A program made the position numbers and the translations under genes. A model generated the notes under the pieces. It did no database searches and had not been told where the DNA came from. It saw only the letters and a program-made list of their open reading frames with translations. DNA of 64,000 nucleotides from a virus. Where the stretch lies: positions 7,092 through 71,091 of the IMG/VR virus record IMGVR_UViG_3300034073_002951, one strand, 5' to 3'. Below, in pieces: positions 56,578-64,000 of the stretch (its first letter is position 1; each line of letters starts with the position of its first letter).

Positions 56578-59500
56578 TATTTACTTTCCAGTTTTGATTT
56601 AAGTTCCTCAACTTCTCTACTTAATTCTTTTATGCCTTCTATTAAAACTGCAACCAATTTTTCATATTTAACCCCTAAATACCCATTTTCTCTCTTATGA
56701 ACTAATTCAGGGAAGATTTCTTGAACTTCTTGGGCTATAACCCCGTAGTCTTTACCTTTATAAATATGTTGTTTTTCCTCATTCCATTCAAAAGAATTAC
56801 CTGAAAGTTTATTAATTTTTTCTAAAGGAGAAGAAATTGGTGTTATATTATCTTTAAGTCTTATATCTGATGAATAATAAGCGACAACATCACCTGTTGC
56901 GTAAACGTTTCCTCCAATAATTGCATCATCTTCAATGTATAAATTATCACTACCACTTATAGAACCATTTACAGTTAGTTTTTGTGGAGGGTTAACTGAA
57001 GGTGTACCAATTCCGACATTTCCATCGTAATTAATACGCATTCTTTCCGTAAGTGTAGTATCTGTTACATTAGTTTTGGTTGCAAATATGATATTTCCAC
57101 GAGCACCAGTTGCCTGTGAGTTAGATTGAATATCACCTGATATCGCTGCCCATCTTCTTTGAGCGGTATCACCTGTTGCCCATACAATTTCACCACCATT
57201 TGTCGCAGTTGTTGAATTCGCTAATAATGAAATTCCACTTCCTTTATTACCAATAGCTGTACCTGTGTGGGTAGTTGGGGAAATTGTTAATACTGTTGTT
57301 GAACCTGAAATATGAACTGCTGATTGTGGTAACGATGTTCCGAAACCTACTCTACTACCACTCACATATAATTCATTTGTATTTACGGTGAGGATATTAC
57401 CATCAAATGTAAGATTTGTTTCGGCTTGAATTGCACTTGTACCGTTTCCAGTCAAAACTGCGTTTGATGTCAGTGATGTTGCACCTGTACCACCTTTATT
57501 GACGGCCAAAGTTCCTGTTGTGGAATTGATTGCAACTTGTGATGAACCCGAAATTACAGTTTCAGCATTTAATCTTGTTTTAACATTTGTAGTCCAGTTT
57601 GTAGTAGATGCCGCGTCTATTTGTGACGACCCCGATACAACACCACCTTTTAGATTTGCAGATATATTTCCATTTGTTATGGTTATATCTACATTTGTTG
57701 TATCAGTTGATGCAGAAACTATGTTTGTTCCACCAAGATGTGAAATTGTTTGTGTAGATGATGAAACAAGTGTTGTACCTGTTGCATAGAATGTACCTTG
57801 TACTACCGAGTTTGAACCAAGTGTAATAAGAGTTCCGGTGTCGGTAATATTAGAGTCATTTAAGTGGTGATTATCAACTGCTTTTGGTATTCTATTATCA
57901 GTTAAATAAGTTGGTGAACCTTTGGTATTATATTCAGGACCGAAAATTGCAACTCCATAATCAATACCACCTGAACCACTATATTCGTAATTCCAATCGT
58001 TTGTTTGCCCGTCAAAGAAGAATGACGCAGTAGATGGGTTAGAACCACTATCTATTACAAGTAGACCTGCATATCTTTCACTTGGTGTGTTATTGTTTAG
58101 AACAATAAACGCGTCACCAATAATCTTTGCGGAACCAGTTGTAGATTGGATGTAAGCAAAGGAAGCAGTACCATTAACACTTATATCGTTGAATGTCTGA
58201 ATTCCACCAAAGTTATTGTTTACATCAGTTCTTGCATATGATGCCGAAACTGCTTCAAATGAGTCTAACCTTTGGTCGAGTGATTGAGTTGCAACTCCAA
58301 CTGCTGTAAATTTAGTGTTTATTGAAGAAGTGTAATTTGATAATGTTGAGTTCTTTGTTTCTTGTGAAGAAGTAAACAATTCAATATTATCTACTCTACC
58401 ATCGAGTGATTGGGTTATAATTTCAATATTATTTAATCTACCAATGAAAGATGAAGTTATAATTTCAATATTATCTAACCTACCATCCAACGAAGAAGTT
58501 ACAGTTTCAAGAGTTGTATTTTTTAACTGTTGTGATGAAGTAAATGCTTCTAAATTAACCAACTTTCCATCTTGAGAACCAGAATTGGTTTCTAATTGTC
58601 CCAATCTACTTGCAAATGATGCAGTAGTTAGTTCAACATTATCCAATCTACTATCTAATGATGAAGTTACAGTTTCAAGGGTTGTATTTTTTAATTCTTG
58701 TGAAGAAGTAAAAGAATTTAATGATGATGTTGAATATCCAACACTCGTAAATTTATTATCAACAGAAGAAGTATATGTTCCTAAAGTTGAATTTTTTGTT
58801 TGTTGTGATGATGTGAATAACTCTAAATTATCCAATCTATTATCTTGACTACCTGAATCAGATTCAAGTTGTGTTATTCTATTATCAAATGATGCAGTAG
58901 TTAATTCAAGTGTTGCATTTTTGAGTGTTTGTGATCCTGTAAATACTTCAAGTAAATCTAATCTAAAATCAACAGATGAAGAGAAAGTTGTTTCAATTAC
59001 ATCCAATCTTGAATCAAAAGATTGAGAATCATTTACATATGTCGAACCTGTCCATGTTTCAACATTATCTAATCTATTATCTAATGATGAAGTTACAGTT
59101 TCAAGGGTTGTATTTTTTAATTCTTGTGAAGATGTGAATGTTTCAACATTATCTAATCTTACATCAAAAGAAGCTGAATCTATATTGTAAGAACCCGTGT
59201 CTAATTTTGTTCCTATTGAGTTTTCAAGAGCACCCGTTGCATCAGCAAGTTCGGTTTGATTTACATATCCACCCTCAAGTGATGAGGAGAATGACTCTAA
59301 ATTATCAATTCTTAAATCAAATGAAGATGAGTCTGTGTTATATGAACCTGTGTCTAATTTTGTTGCTATTGAATTTTCAAGAGCACCGGTTGCATCAGCA
59401 AGTTCTATTTGTGTTACAAAGTCTCCTTCTAATGATGAAGAGAATGATTCTAATGCATTTAATCTATCATTTCCACTTGAGTTTGCTGATTCTGCATTAT

Positions 59501-62500
59501 CTAACCTTAAATCTACCGATGATGAAAATGTAGAGAAGTTTTCATTTGATGATGAAAGGATTGTACTTCCATTTAGTATTTGTGCAGAAGATGTTACTAC
59601 ATTATCTCCATTTACTTCCAAATAACGAAGGTCAAGTGAAGAAGTTAATTGGTCTGATGATGAAATCAACCCATCACCAAGTTCATTACCATATCTTGCA
59701 TCGAAGGAAGCGGTTAATTGGTCCGATGATGAAATTACTAATTCAATATTTAATTTATTTTTTACACTATCAACAAAATGATTTGAACCTGTATCAAGTG
59801 TAAGAGTTAAAGAACCCGATGAACCACCACCCGATAAACCATTTCCTGCTACAATTTCTGAAATTTCACCTGCTTCAAGAAATTGAGCATCAATATAATT
59901 CTTAATTGCACCCGCGTTAGCTAAAACATCGGGGTTTCCATCAACAATAGAGTTGGAAACATAATAATTTATTGCATCGCCAAGGGATTGGGTATAAAAA
60001 TCAATTCTTGCCTTAATATTTTGTTCGTAATCAATTGAACCTGTAATGTTAATTTGTGAAGAACCCGAAACAAGAGTGTGAGTACCACTTGCTATCTCTT
60101 CATAACGGGTGTCGAGTGATTGACTGAATGTTTCTAATTCGTCTAATCTTAAATCTAACGATTGTGTTGTTAATTCGATTTGGTCTAATCTCTCATCAAA
60201 AGATTGAGTAGTCAATTCAATATTTGATAATCTACTATCTTGTGAACCCGAATCTGATTCTAATTGTGATATTCTTGTTTCAAATGATTGTGTCGTTAAT
60301 TCTATATTATCTAATCTACCATCAAATGATTGTGTTGTTAGTTCAATATTTGATAATCTACTATCTTGAGAACCTGAATCAGATTCTAATTGGTCTAACC
60401 TTAAATCAACTGATGATGAGAAAGTTGTTTCAATCTCATTAATTCTATTTTCAAAACTTGAACTTGCAGATTCTAAATCTACAATACGAGTATTTTGAGA
60501 ACCCGAATCGGTTTCTAATTGTCCTAACCTACTTTCATATGATGCAGTTGTAGTTTGTAAAGTAGTATTTTTTGTTTCTTGTGAAGAAGTAAATGTTTCT
60601 AAACTATCTAATCTACCATCAAATGATTGTGTTGTTAATTCTATATTATCTAATCTACCGTCAAATGATTGTGTTGTTAATTCTACATTGTCTAATCTAC
60701 TGTCTTGACTTGAAGAATCTAATTCTAAATTGTTTAATCTACTATTAAATGATGAGGTAACTGTTTGTAAAGTATTAAACTTACTATCAACAGAACCTGT
60801 ATAAGTTGTAAAATTGACTGATGATGATAATAAAGTTGTACCACCAAAATTAAGAGTTTTTGCTGCTCCAACAAATGTACTACCCGTAACTGCACCTATT
60901 ACATTTAAAGAAGTTTCTACTTTAACTTGGACTCCATCGTCAAATATACGGGAAGATGAAACGTGATCACCCCCATCTCCTTTAAGAATATAATTTTGTG
61001 TTGGATAAACTATTTGGGATATATCACTACCACTTGGAAGTCTTGGACCTGAAAGGAAACCACCCCCTGAATAAGTTGAACCTGATGAAAGTTGATATAC
61101 CCAATGATCTCTTTCACCGTCCCAAATAAGTGATGCGGTTGTATCTGTAGAACCACTATCAATTACTCTTATACCAGCATAAGGTTCACCTGGTAAGTTG
61201 TTATTCAGAATAATAAATGCATCACCTATGATTTTTGCAGAACCTGTTATCGACTGAATATATCCAAATGATGCAGTACCAAGGACTTCAATATTATCAA
61301 ATGTTTGAAGTTCGGTAAAGGTATTTGTAGTATCTATTCTTGCATAAGAACCCGAGTTTGTTTCGAAATCTGTAAGTCTTTGTTCGTGGTCTGAACCTGT
61401 TAGTTCTAAATCATCAAGTCTTAAATCTACAGAAGTTGAAAAAGTTGTTTCAATTTCATCAAGACGTGAATCAACCGAAGAAGAAAACGTAGTTTCAATT
61501 TCATCAATACGAGTTTCGTGATCTGAACCGGTGGATTCTAAATCTACAATACGATTTTCCTGATTTGAACCTGTGGATTCTAAATCATCAATTCTGTTTG
61601 TAAATGAACTTGTTGGTAATTGAGAACTAAAACCACTTGAATCACCAACTAAATAATATCCTTCTTGAATTGGTGAAGTGAATGAACCTGAAACTTCAAG
61701 GGCACCACTAATTGAGGTATTGTATGAAGTTACCGTAAATTGTTTTGTCGTTAATTCTGTATCAGTATTACCACCAATAAAAATATCTTGTGTTTTTATT
61801 TTACCTATTTCAAGTACCGTACCATACCAACTTCCTGTGGTTGAACCTGATAAGTCATTTGCATCTTTTTGATTTCTTAAAACCGCACTACGTGGACCAC
61901 CGTCTGGAGCAACCCCTATCGAAGTAATTCCAGTACTACTCAGTAATATTTGATTAATTGCAAATTGTGCAAAATTGTTAGAACCAATTGAACCCAATTG
62001 AAAATGTACTGATCCGGTTGTTCTTAATGAACCCGTAATCTCTTCATTTCCTTGAAATATATTAGAACCAGTTGTTGCAAGACTTGAATTAAAAATTTCT
62101 TGTGATGATGAAAATAATTCAATATTTCCAAGTCTGTTTTCTTGTTCTGAACCTGTTATTTCTAAATTAAATAATCTAAAATCAACAGATGATGAAAAAG
62201 TTGTTTCAATTTCATCAATACGAGTTTCATGATTTGACGATGTTGATTCCGATTTTGTCAATCTTAAATCAACTGAAGACGAAAATGTTGTTTCAATTTC
62301 ACCAATACGTGTTTCGTGGTTTGAACCCGTTAATTCTAAATTCTGAATTCTGTTTTCCTGTGACCCTGAGTCAGTTTCAAGTTGGTCTAAACGAGTATCA
62401 AACGAAGCAGAATCAGTTAAATATTGTGATGAACTGAAGTTTTCTATCAAATCAAGTCTTGAATCAACTGATGATGAAAAAGTTGTTTCAATAAAATCAA

Positions 62501-63110
62501 TTCTTGACTCTTGATTGGATGAAGTAATTAAAAGTTCGTCAAATGATGAAGAAATAGATTGAGAAAAAGTACCTTCTAAATAATCTATACGAGAATCAAC
62601 TGATTGAGAAAATTGTGAAACATTACCAATACCTTCAATAGAACCACTAATGTTGGTAGATGTTAAATTATTAAAAGAACCACTGACAATATATGATTCT
62701 GAATATCTTTTTGATTGAGTACCCAAAGTATATTCATTATCAGTATCGGGTACAAGAGACCCACTTAAAGATGCATTAACAATAATCGTATCTGAACCCG
62801 AACCATCACCCAAATAAATTGTACCACCTAAAATAATATTACCTTGGATTGTGGCATCGTTTTCTAAATATAAATTGGACGCTGATATGATGTTTTCAAC
62901 GTATAATTGGGATGATGTTATATTACCAGAAGCACTAATATCACCTGCTATCAAAATATTACCAGATACTTCTGTACCCAGTGCCGCAAGAGTGATATAT
63001 GAAGAACCAGAAACACCTACTAAAAGATTGTTATTTGTTGTATCTAAAAATGGTTCAGCGATTTGAGGGTCTGTAAAAGTAGTTCCTCGTCTAAATTGTA
63101 ATATTGCCAT
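56577..63110 (-). CDS. Very long coiled-coil tail fibre protein with C-terminal peptidase S74 chaperone
   Basis: 2177 aa; many S-[FLV]-D-x-R-L-D-x-[ILV]-E heptad-based repeats; duplicated GTASF.YIQS.TGSAKIIGDAFI module; SDIRLKDNI...GVIAQEVQEIFP. Confidence 0.8.
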   Translation of the reverse strand: MAILQFRRGTTFTDPQIAEPFLDTTNNNLLVGVSGSSYITLAALGTEVSGNILIAGDISASGNITSSQLYVENIISASNLYLENDATIQGNIILGGTIYLGDGSGSDTIIVNASLSGSLVPDTDNEYTLGTQSKRYSESYIVSGSFNNLTSTNISGSIEGIGNVSQFSQSVDSRIDYLEGTFSQSISSSFDELLITSSNQESRIDFIETTFSSSVDSRLDLIENFSSSQYLTDSASFDTRLDQLETDSGSQENRIQNLELTGSNHETRIGEIETTFSSSVDLRLTKSESTSSNHETRIDEIETTFSSSVDFRLFNLEITGSEQENRLGNIELFSSSQEIFNSSLATTGSNIFQGNEEITGSLRTTGSVHFQLGSIGSNNFAQFAINQILLSSTGITSIGVAPDGGPRSAVLRNQKDANDLSGSTTGSWYGTVLEIGKIKTQDIFIGGNTDTELTTKQFTVTSYNTSISGALEVSGSFTSPIQEGYYLVGDSSGFSSQLPTSSFTNRIDDLESTGSNQENRIVDLESTGSDHETRIDEIETTFSSSVDSRLDEIETTFSTSVDLRLDDLELTGSDHEQRLTDFETNSGSYARIDTTNTFTELQTFDNIEVLGTASFGYIQSITGSAKIIGDAFIILNNNLPGEPYAGIRVIDSGSTDTTASLIWDGERDHWVYQLSSGSTYSGGGFLSGPRLPSGSDISQIVYPTQNYILKGDGGDHVSSSRIFDDGVQVKVETSLNVIGAVTGSTFVGAAKTLNFGGTTLLSSSVNFTTYTGSVDSKFNTLQTVTSSFNSRLNNLELDSSSQDSRLDNVELTTQSFDGRLDNIELTTQSFDGRLDSLETFTSSQETKNTTLQTTTASYESRLGQLETDSGSQNTRIVDLESASSSFENRINEIETTFSSSVDLRLDQLESDSGSQDSRLSNIELTTQSFDGRLDNIELTTQSFETRISQLESDSGSQDSRLSNIELTTQSFDERLDQIELTTQSLDLRLDELETFSQSLDTRYEEIASGTHTLVSGSSQINITGSIDYEQNIKARIDFYTQSLGDAINYYVSNSIVDGNPDVLANAGAIKNYIDAQFLEAGEISEIVAGNGLSGGGSSGSLTLTLDTGSNHFVDSVKNKLNIELVISSSDQLTASFDARYGNELGDGLISSSDQLTSSLDLRYLEVNGDNVVTSSAQILNGSTILSSSNENFSTFSSSVDLRLDNAESANSSGNDRLNALESFSSSLEGDFVTQIELADATGALENSIATKLDTGSYNTDSSSFDLRIDNLESFSSSLEGGYVNQTELADATGALENSIGTKLDTGSYNIDSASFDVRLDNVETFTSSQELKNTTLETVTSSLDNRLDNVETWTGSTYVNDSQSFDSRLDVIETTFSSSVDFRLDLLEVFTGSQTLKNATLELTTASFDNRITQLESDSGSQDNRLDNLELFTSSQQTKNSTLGTYTSSVDNKFTSVGYSTSSLNSFTSSQELKNTTLETVTSSLDSRLDNVELTTASFASRLGQLETNSGSQDGKLVNLEAFTSSQQLKNTTLETVTSSLDGRLDNIEIITSSFIGRLNNIEIITQSLDGRVDNIELFTSSQETKNSTLSNYTSSINTKFTAVGVATQSLDQRLDSFEAVSASYARTDVNNNFGGIQTFNDISVNGTASFAYIQSTTGSAKIIGDAFIVLNNNTPSERYAGLLVIDSGSNPSTASFFFDGQTNDWNYEYSGSGGIDYGVAIFGPEYNTKGSPTYLTDNRIPKAVDNHHLNDSNITDTGTLITLGSNSVVQGTFYATGTTLVSSSTQTISHLGGTNIVSASTDTTNVDITITNGNISANLKGGVVSGSSQIDAASTTNWTTNVKTRLNAETVISGSSQVAINSTTGTLAVNKGGTGATSLTSNAVLTGNGTSAIQAETNLTFDGNILTVNTNELYVSGSRVGFGTSLPQSAVHISGSTTVLTISPTTHTGTAIGNKGSGISLLANSTTATNGGEIVWATGDTAQRRWAAISGDIQSNSQATGARGNIIFATKTNVTDTTLTERMRINYDGNVGIGTPSVNPPQKLTVNGSISGSDNLYIEDDAIIGGNVYATGDVVAYYSSDIRLKDNITPISSPLEKINKLSGNSFEWNEEKQHIYKGKDYGVIAQEVQEIFPELVHKRENGYLGVKYEKLVAVLIEGIKELSREVEELKSKLESK

Positions 63111-63196
63111 CTAATAAATTATCCTATTTTTTTTATATATGCCGAAAGTATATAATTTTATACAAATATAAGTATAATGAAATGAAAAGTATAAAA

Positions 63197-63229
63197 AAAA
63201 ATCCCCCATTTTTTAGGTGGGGGATTTTT
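63197..63229 (-). terminator. Intrinsic terminator
   Basis: AAAAATCCCCCA / TGGGGGATTTTT inverted repeat with T-run on the minus strand. Confidence 0.8.
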
Positions 63230-63250
63230 GATTTTTTGTAATAATTCTAA

Positions 63251-64000
63251 TTAGAACGTTCCACCATCAATTTCGTTGGAAGCAACGAATGATGAACCAT
63301 TCCATTGAATTAAATCACCGGCGTTCGATGGAGTTACTGCTGTAAGTGTCTTACTTCCATTTGCAAATACAAATGAGTTAGCACTTAAACCACCAATTGT
63401 GAAGTCACCTGTGATAGAAACATCTTGACCGTCATCTGTAATTGTAGAGTCAACTAAAAGACCGTTAACTCCAATTACTTGAACTGAACCTGATGTTGGA
63501 GTTGAGTTAAGTCTTGCGAACTCTTTCTCACTACCCAATGCTCCACCTTTCCAGTAGTCATTGGAACCGTCCCATACAAGAGAACCTGATACTGTATTAG
63601 GAGCAGTTGCATCTGTTACTAAAAGACCTGCGGTTGTTTGAGCACCACCGAAGTTAAGTTCTAAGATGTTGTCACCAATTTGTACTGTTGTAGAATCAAC
63701 TGTTGTAGTTGTACCTTGAACGTAAAGGTTACCAACAACTGTTAAGTCATTACCAACTTGGAAATCACCAACAACAGAACCTGTTTGGATAGTTACATCG
63801 TCAGGTAAACCTACTGTTACTGTACCACCTGCACCAAGAGTAATTGAACCGTTAGATACTGCGATTTCATTTGCTGTACCTTGGATTACTAATGATGTAT
63901 TACCTTCAACTGCTGTACCTGATGTTGAACCGTAATCTACTTCGATTGAATTGTCTACACCGTTAAGTGAGATACCTGTACCAGCAACGTCAGCGTTTAA
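63251..64000 (-). CDS. Fibre/structural protein, C-terminal part (5' end outside window)
   Basis: Frame open from the window edge (LNADVAGTGISL...TTVQIGDNILELNF...SGSLVWDG) to IDGGTF; the ORF track shows only the last 95 aa. Confidence 0.75.
   Translation of the reverse strand, partial: LNADVAGTGISLNGVDNSIEVDYGSTSGTAVEGNTSLVIQGTANEIAVSNGSITLGAGGTVTVGLPDDVTIQTGSVVGDFQVGNDLTVVGNLYVQGTTTTVDSTTVQIGDNILELNFGGAQTTAGLLVTDATAPNTVSGSLVWDGSNDYWKGGALGSEKEFARLNSTPTSGSVQVIGVNGLLVDSTITDDGQDVSITGDFTIGGLSANSFVFANGSKTLTAVTPSNAGDLIQWNGSSFVASNEIDGGTF

Noticed and set aside
53300-62500. Repeat arrays as possible CRISPR or DGR template/variable repeats
   Set aside because: The repeats are in-frame protein repeats with synonymous variation; there are no unique spacers, no cas or reverse transcriptase genes in the window and no adenine-specific mismatch pattern.
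3970-63066. Numerous plus-strand ORFs, e.g. 41566..42255, 18327..18776, 26713..27126
   Set aside because: All are antisense shadows of well-supported minus-strand genes, with no motifs or expression signals; they are expected from codon bias.
28775-63175. TATAAATA on the plus strand as T4 late promoters driving plus-strand genes
   Set aside because: No credible plus-strand genes follow; the copies sit upstream of minus-strand starts, so the motif is read as TATTTATA.
1-64000. Stop-codon reassignment
   Set aside because: Core genes are intact under code 11, and TAA, TAG and TGA all terminate genes at sensible positions.
1-64000. tRNA or rRNA genes
   Set aside because: Intergenic gaps are short and AT-rich, and no cloverleaf or T-loop context was seen by eye; a covariance-model scan was not run.

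Overview
This is a 64-kb segment of a large, AT-rich, T4-like (contractile-tailed) dsDNA phage. Every credible gene is on the minus strand and the standard genetic code is used. Left half (1-36 kb): a replication/recombination core (PolB, sliding clamp, DnaB helicase, 5'-3' exonuclease, RecA/UvsX, SSB, dUTPase, a short PolA-like protein) interleaved with accessory genes. These are four DNA methyltransferases (one paired with a restriction-like nuclease, one carrying an intein), an AsnB/2-hydroxyacid dehydrogenase/PLP-enzyme operon, glycan-modifying enzymes, a radical SAM enzyme, a 2OG-Fe(II) oxygenase, an Hc1/histone-H1-like small protein, a secreted nuclease and a full-length TonB-dependent receptor of FCB/Bacteroidota type. 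Right half (36-64 kb): a tail module (baseplate, tape measure, chaperone, tube, sheath), a Hint-domain virion protein, a glycosyltransferase and several Ser/Thr-rich fibre proteins. Top finding: the methyltransferase intein stays open in its own frame but hides an HNH endonuclease in the +1 frame, with a copy of the phage's putative late-promoter motif just upstream. Other notable signals: a probable AUU start for the DNA polymerase, a +1/-2 tail-chaperone frameshift, and two promoter classes. All assignments come from motif recognition by eye; no database searches were run.
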